Shown: positions 51,690 through 63,166 of the stretch, piece by piece | Layout: each line of letters starts with the position of its first letter | How positions within the stretch are numbered: position 1 is the stretch's first letter | Notes under the pieces: generated by a model | Told to the model about the DNA's origin: nothing | Databases searched by the model: none | Seen by the model: only the letters and a program-made list of their open reading frames with translations | Position numbers and translations under genes: made by a program | Assembly: GCA_050248995.1 (NCBI GenBank) | Contig: JBFWRI010000002.1 | Span: forward strand, 17,355-81,354 | Source: Bdellovibrionales bacterium | GTDB lineage: Bacteria > Pseudomonadota > Alphaproteobacteria > JAIXQD01 | Direction: 5' to 3' | Length of the DNA: 64,000 nt

Positions 51690-52016
51690 TTACAGCGCCG
51701 TGCCGATGTCGATCGTCTGGCCTTCAGCCAGCGTGACAATGGCTTTCTTGCTGTCACTGCGAAAACCCTTGTAACCACGGAAAGTCTTGGTCTTGCCCTG
51801 ATTGCGGATTGTGTTGACCGACGTCACCTTCACGCCCCAGATGGTTTCCACGGCTTCGCGGATCTGTGGCTTTGTCGCATCCAGCGGCACACGGAACACA
51901 ACCTGGTTGTGCTCTGACAGGCTTGTCGACTTTTCGGTGATCACCGGCGACAGGATCTTGGTATAAGTGCCCGAGTTAACCGTCTTGGCAGCAGCAGCTT
52001 GCTTCTTAGTTGCCAT
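51690..52016 (-). CDS. rplW: 50S ribosomal protein L23
   Basis: [11 protein letters not shown]...VVFRV matches L23. Confidence 0.88.
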   Translation of the reverse strand: MATKKQAAAAKTVNSGTYTKILSPVITEKSTSLSEHNQVVFRVPLDATKPQIREAVETIWGVKVTSVNTIRNQGKTKTFRGYKGFRSDSKKAIVTLAEGQTIDIGTAL

Positions 52017-52018
52017 GA

Positions 52019-52768
52019 TTACTCTCCCTTATCCTTCTTGGCCGCCGCCTTAGCCGGAGCCTTCTTCGCAGCAGCGGGCTTCTTGGCTTCGGTTTTACGT
52101 GCCGTTGTCTTCTTGGTTGCGGCAGGCGTCTTGGCGCCGCGCGTCACTTTCGTTGTCAGGCGCTTGGTCAGCGCGTCAACAGCGCTCGAGGTCAGCACCA
52201 GTGCTTCGTGGCGCAGGATGTCATAGACGTTGGCAGCGTTATCCGGCAGTACGCACACATTCGGAATGTTGCGAACCGACAGTGCAAAGTTCAGGTCGAT
52301 CTTATCACCGTCGACAAACAACAGCGAGGCGCCGAACTTGCCGATCTTCTTAGCCATATCCTTGGTCTTGATCTTGTCGCTTTTGGCTTGGTCCAGCACG
52401 AACAACTTGCCTTCGGCCTGCTTGGCCGAAAGGGCTGTGCACAGAGCAGCCTGACGGACTTTCTTTTGCAGGTCGGTCGAATGATCGCGCTTGTGCGGTC
52501 CAAAAATCACCGCACCACCGCGCCATTGCGGCGACCGGGTCGAACCCTGACGGGCGCGGCCGGTGCCTTTTTGGTTCCACGGCTTGGCCGTCGTGCCGGC
52601 GATCATGGCGATCGTCTTGGTCTGGTGGTTGCCGCTGCGGCGCTTGTTCAGCTGCCAGTTGACAGCACGCGCCAACAGGTCGGCGCGGACTTCGCGGCCG
52701 AACACCTGCTCGTTCAGCTCAACATCGCCGACGGCTTTGAAATCAAGGTTATGAACTTTCGCTTTCAT
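52019..52768 (-). CDS. rplD: 50S ribosomal protein L4, with a roughly 45-aa K/A/T-rich C-terminal extension
   Basis: The L4 core is followed by [41 protein letters not shown]. 249 aa. Confidence 0.9.
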   Translation of the reverse strand: MKAKVHNLDFKAVGDVELNEQVFGREVRADLLARAVNWQLNKRRSGNHQTKTIAMIAGTTAKPWNQKGTGRARQGSTRSPQWRGGAVIFGPHKRDHSTDLQKKVRQAALCTALSAKQAEGKLFVLDQAKSDKIKTKDMAKKIGKFGASLLFVDGDKIDLNFALSVRNIPNVCVLPDNAANVYDILRHEALVLTSSAVDALTKRLTTKVTRGAKTPAATKKTTARKTEAKKPAAAKKAPAKAAAKKDKGE

Positions 52769-52771
52769 CGC

Positions 52772-53545
52772 TTACTCCGTCGCACCTTCTGCTGCAGGGG
52801 CTTCGGCGGCGGGCGCCTCGGCAGCAGCTTCGGGTTGTTGCTCAGTTTTTGCTTCAGCCGCGGCAGGTGCGCTCTTCACACCAGCTGTCGGCAGATCTTT
52901 TGGCATTTTCTTCTTTACGGCGTCGCGGATCAGCACATAGCTTCCTTCAACGCCCGGAACGGTACCCGACACCATGATCAGGCCCTGTTCGTCGTCAACG
53001 GCGACAACTTGCAGGTTGATTGTTGTCACGCGTTCATCACCCAAGTGACCAGCCATCTTCTTGCCGGGGAACGTGCGACCGGGATCCTGACGGTTACCAG
53101 TCGAACCATGTGAACGGTGCGAAACCGACACACCGTGCGACGCACGCAGACCACCGAAGTTCCAGCGCTTCATGGCGCCGGCGAAACCCTTACCGATCGA
53201 GGTGCCGGTGACATCAACGAATTGACCTGCGGCAAAGTGTGAGGCGGCGAATTCGGTGCCAACATCAACCAGCTTGTCGGCGTCAACACGAAATTCAGCC
53301 AGCTTCTTCATCGGCTCAACCTTCGCCTTGGCAAAGTGGCCGCGTTCGGCTTTCGTGGTGTTCTTAGTTTTCTTGCGGCCGTAACCCAGTTGGACGGCGG
53401 TGTAACCATCGCGCTCAGCGGTACGCTGCGCAACAACGCGGCAACCGTCCATACGCAGCACGGTGACAGGAATGTGCTGGCCGGCGTTATCAAACACGCG
53501 GGTCATGCCCAGTTTTTCAGCGATCAGTCCGGTACGTTGTGCCAT
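52772..53545 (-). CDS. rplC: 50S ribosomal protein L3, with an acidic Ala/Glu-rich C-terminal tail
   Basis: [18 protein letters not shown] and FKGKGFQGVV-like blocks match L3. The C-terminal tail is [29 protein letters not shown]. Confidence 0.92.
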   Translation of the reverse strand: MAQRTGLIAEKLGMTRVFDNAGQHIPVTVLRMDGCRVVAQRTAERDGYTAVQLGYGRKKTKNTTKAERGHFAKAKVEPMKKLAEFRVDADKLVDVGTEFAASHFAAGQFVDVTGTSIGKGFAGAMKRWNFGGLRASHGVSVSHRSHGSTGNRQDPGRTFPGKKMAGHLGDERVTTINLQVVAVDDEQGLIMVSGTVPGVEGSYVLIRDAVKKKMPKDLPTAGVKSAPAAAEAKTEQQPEAAAEAPAAEAPAAEGATE

Positions 53546-53556
53546 CGTCCTCTCCC

Positions 53557-53880
53557 TTACGCTGCCATCAGCTTGATTTCGACGTCGACGCCGGCGGCGA
53601 GTTCAAGCTTCATCAGCGCATCAATTGTTTGCGGCGTGGGCTCAATGATATCCAGCACACGCTTGTGTGTGCGGATTTCAAATTGCTCGCGCGACTTCTT
53701 ATCAATGTGCGGGCTGCGGTTAACCGTGAATCGCTCGATACGGGTCGGCAGCGGGATCGGCCCGCGCACAGAAGCGCCCGTACGTTTGGCGGTGGCGACA
53801 ATGTCCTTTACCGACTGGTCAACCAGGCGGGGATCAAAGGCACGCATCCGAATGCGAATGTTCTGACCAATCATATTCAT
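53557..53880 (-). CDS. rpsJ: 30S ribosomal protein S10
   Basis: [18 protein letters not shown]...RGPIPLPT matches S10. The start is at Met 53880; the longest ORF starts at 53895. Confidence 0.9.
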   Translation of the reverse strand: MNMIGQNIRIRMRAFDPRLVDQSVKDIVATAKRTGASVRGPIPLPTRIERFTVNRSPHIDKKSREQFEIRTHKRVLDIIEPTPQTIDALMKLELAAGVDVEIKLMAA

Positions 53881-54223
53881 CTCTCCGTTACGCATGCGTG
53901 TTACACGCCTGCGTTGTGATTCACGTATTAACCTGTCAAAGACGCTGTTCTGTCACGCTTTTCAGCACTAGGAACAAAATCCTTGAGCGTTTTCTTCGAC
54001 ATTTCTACCGAAGGAGCGCAGTCCGTGAAGACCCCGCCCACCCAAATTTCGTGCGCTGTTATGCACAGAAAGCGGGGGTAGAATCAACAAGTAATTTTCT
54101 TTCGTGTCTCTAACCGGCCAGAAAGCCACAAAAGAGCGTAAAATAAGGAAAAATCAGGCCAAATCGGACCCCGGACAAGCCCCGGCAAGGGCCTGAAGCT
54201 GGCCGCAAGCCTAAAAAAGCCAA
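53881..54223 (-). promoter_or_regulatory. S10 operon promoter and leader region
   Basis: A 340-bp non-coding stretch upstream of rpsJ, bounded upstream by a terminator. No motifs were verified. Confidence 0.3.
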
Positions 54224-54252
54224 TAAAAAGGCCCGGTTTTAGGGCCGGGCCA
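54224..54252 (-). terminator. Rho-independent terminator after the 168-aa ORF
   Basis: On the minus strand: GGCCCGGCCCTAAAACCGGGCC followed by TTTTTATT. Confidence 0.6.
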
Positions 54253-54257
54253 GGATT

Positions 54258-54764
54258 TTAGACTTCAAACTTGGCTAAATGGACCAGATATTGGGCCTGA
54301 CGGGCTCTTTCGGCTGAAAGCGGGCTGACTTCATCAAAAGGCGCCATATCTCGGATGTCTGAGGCCTCCCTCCAGCCGCAGCCCTTAGGGAACAGCAGTT
54401 CAGTCGGGCGATGCTGAGCATCCATAATCAAGATTACGCACCATTTTGTGGGATCAATACGATTGGACGTCTTCATAACGATTTCCAGTTGCGTACCGCC
54501 GTCTTGGCGCGGCGTAACCTTCAGCACATGGCGGTAGCGGTCAGAAAATCTGGGGTCTTCCATTTCCTGCCACGCCAGCGGCACATCGCCTTTCAATCCT
54601 TTGCGGCCCAGCGGGCATTCATAGGGCTGCTGTGTATCCAGCGCGACACGAATATTGCTTTTCAGGCGTGCTTCAATGTCGCTGTAATCCCAGCGCTTAT
54701 TTTCAGCTTCATCCTGTTTCAGGAAGGCTGCGATTTTTTCAAGATCCTGCTCAACGGTGGCCAT
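54258..54764 (-). CDS. Hypothetical 168-aa protein inserted between tuf and rpsJ
   Basis: Clean ORF with its own terminator. No recognisable motif. Confidence 0.5.
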   Translation of the reverse strand: MATVEQDLEKIAAFLKQDEAENKRWDYSDIEARLKSNIRVALDTQQPYECPLGRKGLKGDVPLAWQEMEDPRFSDRYRHVLKVTPRQDGGTQLEIVMKTSNRIDPTKWCVILIMDAQHRPTELLFPKGCGWREASDIRDMAPFDEVSPLSAERARQAQYLVHLAKFEV

Positions 54765-54834
54765 GGGAATACCCCTTTATTTATATGTTTTGGCTATAGC
54801 GTCCCTATAGCATCCGCACCAGCGACTAAACAAC

Positions 54835-54868
54835 AAAAAAGAAAAACCCCGGCATTGCTGCCGGGGCT
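54835..54868 (-). terminator. Terminator after tuf
   Basis: A-run followed by CCCCGGCA-ttgc-TGCCGGGG on the plus strand. On the minus strand this is a hairpin followed by a T-run. Confidence 0.6.
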
Positions 54869-54891
54869 TTCTATTACTTATCCCTGAAAGA

Positions 54892-56079
<1,188 letters not shown>

Positions 56080-56353
56080 CTCATACTCCAATAGTTATGC
56101 GGGCCCTTGCTATCGGGCCCCGGTTAAAAGCCTAGGTTGTGCTTGTCAGCCTTTAACGCCATTCCTGACAATTGGTCGCGGTTTTACATAAAAAAACCAG
56201 CTAATGGAAGCTTTTTTTAGGCTTCGACGCACCAAGAAGAACGATGTGGATTAAGGGCAACATTATTGCCTTTTCAGAAGTATCTGAAGGAAGTTAATGC
56301 GTCAGGCTTTTAAATGCGATTAGATTGGCCGAAATTGAGGGGAGATTTTTAGA

Positions 56354-56551
56354 ATGGCAAATTCAGGTTTTATTGCTGCAGGGGCGATTGTCGCCTCGCT
56401 AGGTGGTCCGGTAGCGCGCCAGGAGCCTGGCGCCGGCCCCGTATTGGTCGCAGCTGGCGCTGTGCTTGCGCTGGTTGGTTTTTGTCTGCCTTCCAAACCA
56501 TCGGCAAAGACAACTTCAGACCCATCTGAACCCGCGCCTCCAAGCAATTAG
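56354..56551 (+). CDS. Possible small membrane protein (65 aa), weak call
   Basis: A GAGGGGAG SD-like sequence lies 8 nt upstream of the ATG. There is one hydrophobic helix, and the C-terminus is Pro/Ser-rich. It sits in the inserted region between fusA and tuf. Confidence 0.25.
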   Translation: MANSGFIAAGAIVASLGGPVARQEPGAGPVLVAAGAVLALVGFCLPSKPSAKTTSDPSEPAPPSN

Positions 56552-56554
56552 TGC

Positions 56555-56983
56555 ATGCCAAAAGGATATCTGATCTGCCCTGTCACCAATGCCTCAGCCG
56601 AGATGCAGGCCAAGATCGATGCTTTTGTCGCCAAAAAGGCTGAAGAAGGCTGGGATATCCATAACCCGAAATATGACGCCCCGCAGGATGACGAAACCGG
56701 CGTTGGCATTTATATCGCCCACTTTACGGCGCTACAGGATTGCCAACGTGTTTTCATCATCTGGGACAGTAACAGCCGGGGCAGTATTTGTGACTTCGGA
56801 GCCGTGATGTTCTCGGGTCTGCCGGTTGAGGTAGTCGACGTTGTTAACCCTGATATTCCGGGCAAAAGCTTCCTGAAAATCATGCAGGATATCGAGGCCA
56901 ACGGCCCGATTATGAAAGATGGCCGTGTTATTCGCGCCCTGCCGCCAAAGCGGGGCTCCAGCGACAAGCCCGGCCCGCAATAA
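56555..56983 (+). CDS. Nucleoside 2-deoxyribosyltransferase-like (Rossmann-like) small protein, low-confidence family assignment
   Basis: YLICPVT at the N-terminus (compare YLAGP) and RGSICDFGAVMFSGLPV (compare GTAFExGYAxAxGKPV) resemble the NDT-like fold. 142 aa, on the opposite strand inside the str cluster. Confidence 0.4.
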   Translation: MPKGYLICPVTNASAEMQAKIDAFVAKKAEEGWDIHNPKYDAPQDDETGVGIYIAHFTALQDCQRVFIIWDSNSRGSICDFGAVMFSGLPVEVVDVVNPDIPGKSFLKIMQDIEANGPIMKDGRVIRALPPKRGSSDKPGPQ

Positions 56984-56992
56984 CCCCAATAA

Positions 56993-57031
56993 AAAAGGCC
57001 GCCCATGGAGAGTATCCGGGGCGGCCTTTTA
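56993..57031. terminator. Bidirectional terminator between the 142-aa gene and fusA
   Basis: AAAAAAGGCCGCCC...GGGCGGCCTTTTAAA. Confidence 0.6.
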
Positions 57032-57049
57032 AATCATTCAACCGGCTTT

Positions 57050-59128
57050 TTAGCTCGCCAGCTTGGTGCGGACTTCGTCCACGATGTTCGGCGGCACTTG
57101 TGCATAGTGCGCGAACTGCATGGTGTACTGTGCACGGCCTTGCGTCATCGAACGCAGGGTGTTCACATAACCGAACATCTGCGCCAATGGCACCGATGCT
57201 GTCACCACGCGGGCATTGCCACGCTGGTCCATGTTGTTGATCTGGCCGCGGCGGCTGTTCAAGTCGCCGATAACATCACCCATGTAATCTTCCGGGGTAA
57301 CGACTTCGACAGACATAATCGGCTCCAGCAGGGCCGGTTTGGCCTTCTGCATGGCTTCCTTGAACGCAGCCTTGGCGGCGATTTCGAACGCCAGCGCCGA
57401 CGAGTCAACGTCGTGGTAAGCGCCGTCGGTCAGCGTGATCTTGAAATCCAGCACAGGGAAGCCGGCAATCACACCAGTCTGGCGTGCCTGCTCAAGACCC
57501 TTGACGACACCGGGGATGTATTCCTTCGGCACAGAACCGCCAACGGTCTTGTTTTCGAATTCGTAACCTGCGCCGGGTTCCTGCGGTGCCATCGTGAAGA
57601 TGATACGCGCGAACTGGCCCGAACCACCCGATTGCTTCTTGTGGGTGTAATCGTGTTCGATCTCCTTGGTGATCGTTTCACGGTAGGCCACCTGCGGCGC
57701 ACCGACGTTGGCTTCCACCTTGAATTCGCGTTTCATACGGTCGACAAGAATTTCGAGGTGGAGTTCGCCCATACCCTTGATGATGGTCTGGCCGCTTTCG
57801 TGATCGACAGCAACGCGGAACGACGGGTCTTCCGACGCCAGGCGCTGCAGGGCGACGCCCAGCTTTTCCTGGTCAGCCTTTGACTTCGGCTCCACAGCCA
57901 CTTCGATAACCGGATCAGGGAATTCCATACGTTCCAGAACAATCGGTTTGGCAGGATCGCACAGCGTGTCACCGGTCGTAGTGTTCTTCAGTGAGGCCAG
58001 CGCGACGATATCGCCCGCATAGGCTTCCTTGATTTCTTCACGGTTGTTCGAGTGCATCAGCAGCATGCGCCCGACACGCTCACGGTCGTCCTTCACCGTA
58101 TTCTGAACGTACGAACCGGCTTCCAGCTTGCCCGAATAGATACGCACGAACGTCAGCGAACCAACGAACGGGTCGTTCATGATTTTGAATGCGAGGCCCG
58201 AGAACGGCGCTTCATCTGAAGGCTGGCGGGTATCGGTGTCTTCGCTGTCGATCTTGTGGCCCTGAACGGCGCCGATATCCAGCGGCGATGGCAGATAGTC
58301 GACAACCGCATCCAGCATCGGCTGCACGCCCTTGTTCTTGAACGCCGAGCCCGTCAGAATCGGCACGAACTTGAAGCCGATGGTACCTTTGCGGATGCAC
58401 TTTTGCAGGGTTTCAACATCCGGCTCCTTGCCTTCCAGATAGGCTTCCATGGCGGCATCGTCTTCCTCGACAGCCATTTCAACCAGCGCGGCGCGGTATT
58501 CATCCGCCTTCGCCTTCAGGTCAGCGGGGATTTCTTCTTCGCGGAATTTCGCGCCCAGGCTTTCCTCTTCCCAGACAATGGCTTTCATCTTAACCAGGTC
58601 GATGACACCCTTGAAATCAGCTTCCGAACCGATTGGTAGCTGCAGGATCAGGACGCGCGCACCCAGACGGTCTTTCACCATACTGACGCAGCGGTAGAAG
58701 TCCGAACCGATACGGTCCATCTTGTTGACGAAAACCATACGCGGCACGCGGTACTTGTCAGCCTGACGCCAGACGGTTTCGGTTTGCGGCTCGACGCCCG
58801 ATACGGCGTCCAGAAGGCAGATCGCACCATCGAGAACGCGCAGCGAGCGTTCGACTTCAATCGTGAAGTCGACGTGGCCGGGGGTATCGATGATGTTCAG
58901 TCGCTTTTCACGCCAGAAGCAGGTCGTCGCGGCTGATGTAATGGTAATGCCGCGCTCTTGTTCCTGCTCCATCCAATCCATGGTCGCAGCGCCGTCGTGC
59001 ACTTCGCCGATTTTGTATGACTTACCGGTGTAGTAAAGAATACGCTCGGTGGTGGTGGTTTTGCCGGCATCGATGTGCGCCATGATGCCAAAGTTACGAT
59101 AGTCTTCGATTTTATACTGACGAGGCAT
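57050..59128 (-). CDS. fusA: Elongation factor G
   Basis: [20 protein letters not shown] with DTPGHVDF and NKMD motifs. 692 aa. Confidence 0.97.
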   Translation of the reverse strand: MPRQYKIEDYRNFGIMAHIDAGKTTTTERILYYTGKSYKIGEVHDGAATMDWMEQEQERGITITSAATTCFWREKRLNIIDTPGHVDFTIEVERSLRVLDGAICLLDAVSGVEPQTETVWRQADKYRVPRMVFVNKMDRIGSDFYRCVSMVKDRLGARVLILQLPIGSEADFKGVIDLVKMKAIVWEEESLGAKFREEEIPADLKAKADEYRAALVEMAVEEDDAAMEAYLEGKEPDVETLQKCIRKGTIGFKFVPILTGSAFKNKGVQPMLDAVVDYLPSPLDIGAVQGHKIDSEDTDTRQPSDEAPFSGLAFKIMNDPFVGSLTFVRIYSGKLEAGSYVQNTVKDDRERVGRMLLMHSNNREEIKEAYAGDIVALASLKNTTTGDTLCDPAKPIVLERMEFPDPVIEVAVEPKSKADQEKLGVALQRLASEDPSFRVAVDHESGQTIIKGMGELHLEILVDRMKREFKVEANVGAPQVAYRETITKEIEHDYTHKKQSGGSGQFARIIFTMAPQEPGAGYEFENKTVGGSVPKEYIPGVVKGLEQARQTGVIAGFPVLDFKITLTDGAYHDVDSSALAFEIAAKAAFKEAMQKAKPALLEPIMSVEVVTPEDYMGDVIGDLNSRRGQINNMDQRGNARVVTASVPLAQMFGYVNTLRSMTQGRAQYTMQFAHYAQVPPNIVDEVRTKLAS

Positions 59129-59161
59129 CTGACCTAATCCTTACCTGTTAGAAACTTTGAA

Positions 59162-59632
59162 TTACCACTTGTAGTGGGCAAACGCCTTGTTGGCTTCCGC
59201 CATCTTGTGCGTATCTTCACGCTTCTTCACGGATGTACCGCGACCCTGCGTGATATCCATCAGCTCGCCAACCAGACGGCCGATCATGGTTTTTTCGCCG
59301 CGCTTGCGGGCAGCATCGATGATCCAGCGCATGGCCAGCGCGATGCCGCGGTCTTCACGCACTTCAACAGGCACCTGATAGGTGGCGCCGCCGACGCGGC
59401 GGCTGCGGACTTCAACCTGCGGGCGGACGGTGTCGAGGATCTTGTGGAAGGTGGCGACAGCCGGTTCCTTCGTTTTGGTCTGCACCTGTTCCAGTGCGCC
59501 ATAGACGATGCTTTCAGCAACCGACTTCTTGCCCTGGATCATAAGGCAGTTCATGAATTTTGTGATCTTCACATCACCAAACTTGGGATCGGGAAGGACT
59601 TTACGTTTCTCTGCGCGACGACGACGTGCCAT
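59162..59632 (-). CDS. rpsG: 30S ribosomal protein S7
   Basis: [10 protein letters not shown]...PDPKFGD matches S7. Confidence 0.95.
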   Translation of the reverse strand: MARRRRAEKRKVLPDPKFGDVKITKFMNCLMIQGKKSVAESIVYGALEQVQTKTKEPAVATFHKILDTVRPQVEVRSRRVGGATYQVPVEVREDRGIALAMRWIIDAARKRGEKTMIGRLVGELMDITQGRGTSVKKREDTHKMAEANKAFAHYKW

Positions 59633-59647
59633 GACTGGATACCTCTC

Positions 59648-60019
59648 TTACTTCGGACGCTTGGCGCCGTACTTCGAACGACGTTGCTTGCGGTCTTTCA
59701 CGCCTTGTGTATCAAGCGTACCGCGGATGATGTGATAACGAACGCCGGGCAAATCCTTCACGCGGCCGCCACGGATCATGACGACGCTGTGTTCTTGCAG
59801 GTTGTGGCCAACGCCGGGGATGTAGCAAATGACTTCTTCCTTGTTTGTCAGGCGCACCTTGGCAACCTTACGCAGCGCCGAGTTCGGCTTCTTCGGGGTT
59901 GTCGTGTAAACACGGGTGCACACGCCGCGCTTTTGCGGACACTCGTCCAGCGCGCGTGAAATATTGCGTACCGGCAGCGGTTTGCGCGGGCGCTTGATCA
60001 ACTGGTTTACTGTAGGCAT
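59648..60019 (-). CDS. rpsL: 30S ribosomal protein S12
   Basis: [13 protein letters not shown]...[11 protein letters not shown] matches S12. Confidence 0.97.
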   Translation of the reverse strand: MPTVNQLIKRPRKPLPVRNISRALDECPQKRGVCTRVYTTTPKKPNSALRKVAKVRLTNKEEVICYIPGVGHNLQEHSVVMIRGGRVKDLPGVRYHIIRGTLDTQGVKDRKQRRSKYGAKRPK

Positions 60020-60261
60020 GTGCCTGTAACCTTTCTCTTCCGGCGATGATCCAAAACGTATCGAACGGGTGCCATCGCCGGTGCGGCATTTCCCGTTGTT
60101 GAATGGGGCCCATCAAGGAGCGCCATTTCATGAATTGGACGGGTATATATCGGAACTAACCCCGCCCAAGCAAGTGAAAACGATCGGGGCTTGTAATGAG
60201 ACCTATATATGTGCTCTGATATTAGAGTGATTTTCATCTAACATATTGATTTTAATAAACA
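60020..60261 (-). promoter_or_regulatory. str operon promoter region, shared with the divergent promoter of the 60262 gene
   Basis: Non-coding; 60180-60260 is AT-rich. Confidence 0.3.
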
Positions 60262-61188
60262 ATGTTTAGTTTTACTGATAACCAAGAGCTTTGGGCCTTT
60301 TCCCGCCGCCTGGAACGCTGGGCTGGCCCGGGGATTTTTGTTGGCCTGACCCCGGCAAAGCTTTTCGAACGGCCCGAACCGGCGGACGCCCTTGCCCGAA
60401 TTTCAGGCGCCAGCCTACAGACCGCAGATGGACAACGTGTTTCTGCCGATACCGACGCCGGTCGCCATGCTGTCAGATCTGTCGTCTCCGAATACATGCG
60501 GGAATTTCAATATGACGGCCGCCCCGACGAAGCACTTCGTGCCCAGCACATCACGGCACGCAATGGCGATGATCTGGGATGGATTACAGGGACCATCATT
60601 CCAGGCCACGAGTTTGATCGAACGATATCAGATATCGACGTTGCCAAGTATACATTGGCATATGCGCTTGGGCACATCATCGGTAAGCGCAACCTTCTGG
60701 GTGGTGAGCAAAAGCTGAAGGAAGCTGCATGGATGACCTTCAGCCTCATCTACAATCTGTTACACACGAATAATGCGGAACAGGGCCTGCAAACAGCGAA
60801 GCAGATCGCAGCGACCTATGCAATTGGCGCGCAAAGTTGCCCACCGTCACATCATGAAGGTCTTGGTAATGCCAGCGTTATTATGTTGCATCTGCTGCGT
60901 GATAACTTCTTCGACACAGTTCCCGGGCTGGTACAAAGCTCGGAAAAACTCATCAGCGCTGCTTATCTGATTGCGACGCGTGCGAAAGACACAATGCAGG
61001 AGCCGGAAGTCGGTGATGATGGTCGCCGCGCACCGGCACTACATGTAAAAGAAGATCTTTACGACAAGCTGAAAGCCGATCTTGCCCTGATGGGTGAAGA
61101 TGAGACGCTTACACCCGCAGCACCCGGTATTCCCGGCCTTGCACAAAGACCGAAACCACTGCCTGGCGGCCCTGGCTCGCAGGAATAA
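60262..61188 (+). CDS. Hypothetical protein (308 aa)
   Basis: Clean ORF containing a GHEFDR block. No assignable family. Confidence 0.45.
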   Translation: MFSFTDNQELWAFSRRLERWAGPGIFVGLTPAKLFERPEPADALARISGASLQTADGQRVSADTDAGRHAVRSVVSEYMREFQYDGRPDEALRAQHITARNGDDLGWITGTIIPGHEFDRTISDIDVAKYTLAYALGHIIGKRNLLGGEQKLKEAAWMTFSLIYNLLHTNNAEQGLQTAKQIAATYAIGAQSCPPSHHEGLGNASVIMLHLLRDNFFDTVPGLVQSSEKLISAAYLIATRAKDTMQEPEVGDDGRRAPALHVKEDLYDKLKADLALMGEDETLTPAAPGIPGLAQRPKPLPGGPGSQE

Positions 61189-61196
61189 GTGACCCA

Positions 61197-62123
61197 TTGC
61201 GCATGACATCGCCATCAACCCATATTCCTGCATTTGTGTTGCCTGATCGTATTGAAAACTTCGTCGATCGCCTTGAAGCGTTTATCGGCAACGGCGTTGT
61301 AATCGGTGCAACGTTCGAAGACATGGTAATGAAGCCGGCGTTTCAGGGAGCGATTGTTGATGGCCTGACCGACAAACTGGCCGAACTGCTGAACAGCGAT
61401 GATCCGGAAATCCAGGCGGAACTGGCACAATTCCCTGATGCGATGGCGGGCCTTAAAGCCGATGCGGCAGCACTGGTAGCGTTCCGTGCGCTTGATTTTG
61501 TCGATGAATATCGCGCTGGACGAGCTGACGGCACCACGTCAGAAGCAGCTAGTCTTTACAGTGCGCAGGTGGGTTACGGCAGCGAGTTTGATGACCAGAC
61601 CGGCCTTCCCGAACCGCACTGGCTGGCCCAACGCGTTACGCTTGGCCATGAAGGCGGGCACCTGATCGTACGCACAGCGGCTGAACCCCTTACAACCCCG
61701 CATGGCGGTGAAATCGACTTGGGCGCCATCGAAGAATCCTTTTGTGATGTCCTGACGCACTGGTACAACACGTTCAATAAAAACGAACCCGTGCAGTTAC
61801 GCCGCGCCATGCCGGCCATGACGGATATATGGCGTAACTGGCGCGCCGACAGGGTAATGCCTGAGAAGCCCAGTATTTACGATATGACAGCCACGTCACT
61901 CATGCTGTTCCAGCGCGCGCAGCGCGGCCATAAAGATGTTTTTGAAAAGTGCGCACAATCACGCGAACTGCTGGAAAAGGCAGCTGCTATTGTCGCTGGC
62001 ACCGCGCATGATTTTGACCTGACCCCGGAAGACGGACGTACGCTTTACCCCGCGCGGCCAAAAGTTGTTACAGCCACACGCGCCGCGCAGTATCGCCTGA
62101 AAGAACTGCTCGCTAAATCCTGA
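61197..62123 (+). CDS. Hypothetical protein (308 aa) with an HExxH motif (HEGGH); possible zinc metallopeptidase-like
   Basis: VTLGHEGGHLIV. The motif alone is weak evidence. Confidence 0.45.
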   Translation: MRMTSPSTHIPAFVLPDRIENFVDRLEAFIGNGVVIGATFEDMVMKPAFQGAIVDGLTDKLAELLNSDDPEIQAELAQFPDAMAGLKADAAALVAFRALDFVDEYRAGRADGTTSEAASLYSAQVGYGSEFDDQTGLPEPHWLAQRVTLGHEGGHLIVRTAAEPLTTPHGGEIDLGAIEESFCDVLTHWYNTFNKNEPVQLRRAMPAMTDIWRNWRADRVMPEKPSIYDMTATSLMLFQRAQRGHKDVFEKCAQSRELLEKAAAIVAGTAHDFDLTPEDGRTLYPARPKVVTATRAAQYRLKELLAKS

Positions 62124-62931
62124 AGCTGACCGGCTGCCAGCCGAAATCGTCAGCATCGACAAAGCGCGGGGCGCGGTACACAAGACCGGGGATTTCCACA
62201 TAACAAATCTCATTGGCAGGAATGTTCTGCAGGTCGCCGGCGCCATGGGCAAGACGGCCCAGCAGCAGCGCGCCACTGGCCGTTGCGCAACATGCCATCA
62301 CGATCATGACATTCGGGTTATCGCCGATATAGTTGCTGAAGCCGTACCAAAGATTATGGATAACGTTCAGGTAGAACGGCATGCCGGCGTTCACCATATA
62401 AGGGCCAAAGCGGCCGAAGATAGCAAGCCACGCCGACGCGATCAGCAGGGGTAAACTGACATAGGGCGTAATGCCGCCATTATAAAACATGGACGTGCCG
62501 CTTGCCATCAAGCCCCATACTTGCGGTGTCAGCAAAACGGCCGCCAGCGTCACATTAGCAACGCGCGGAAAACCAAGTTCGATCTGGCGCGCCGTGAGTG
62601 TGTTTGAAACAACACCGAAAATACCGACGCCGGCAAACAACAGGGACCGGATATCGATCGGGCCTGAAAGCGCCAGCGTGATGAAGGCAATCGTGCCGGA
62701 AAGCACAGCGACGAGGATTTGCTGCACCGCAGGCCGCACCAGGATTTTTCGGATACGGCTGGTTGAGGGAACGCCGACCACGCGCGCGATCTGGCAACTG
62801 ATGATGAACACAAGAAACAGCGCCGATACAGCAAGACGCAAACCGCCTTCGTGTCCGTAAAAAAGAAAAAGCCCCACCGCAAAGAACAGCGGCGGGCTGC
62901 TGAAGAACTGACGAAGATGCCCCAATATCAT
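62113..62931 (-). CDS. Hypothetical polytopic membrane protein (272 aa)
   Basis: At least seven hydrophobic helices. Its stop overlaps the end of the 61197 gene in a convergent arrangement. Confidence 0.5.
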   Translation of the reverse strand: MILGHLRQFFSSPPLFFAVGLFLFYGHEGGLRLAVSALFLVFIISCQIARVVGVPSTSRIRKILVRPAVQQILVAVLSGTIAFITLALSGPIDIRSLLFAGVGIFGVVSNTLTARQIELGFPRVANVTLAAVLLTPQVWGLMASGTSMFYNGGITPYVSLPLLIASAWLAIFGRFGPYMVNAGMPFYLNVIHNLWYGFSNYIGDNPNVMIVMACCATASGALLLGRLAHGAGDLQNIPANEICYVEIPGLVYRAPRFVDADDFGWQPVSFRI

Positions 62932-63166
62932 CGGGAAACGCCTGCACTTTATATTGTTTTATCCAGTATCGCCGGCAGACATTAAAGATGGGTTATTTCT
63001 TTGGAGCGCCCTGAAAAAGATGTACTCTAGATTGCTGCGCCGGATTGCTACAGAACCCGAAAATGCGGCCTTGAGGCATCTGCAAATGCCCGCCTATTTT
63101 GACGACAAGGCGTATTATTTATCGCGGAAATTAACGAGAGCTTACTTAACAGCGTTTTGCACAGGT

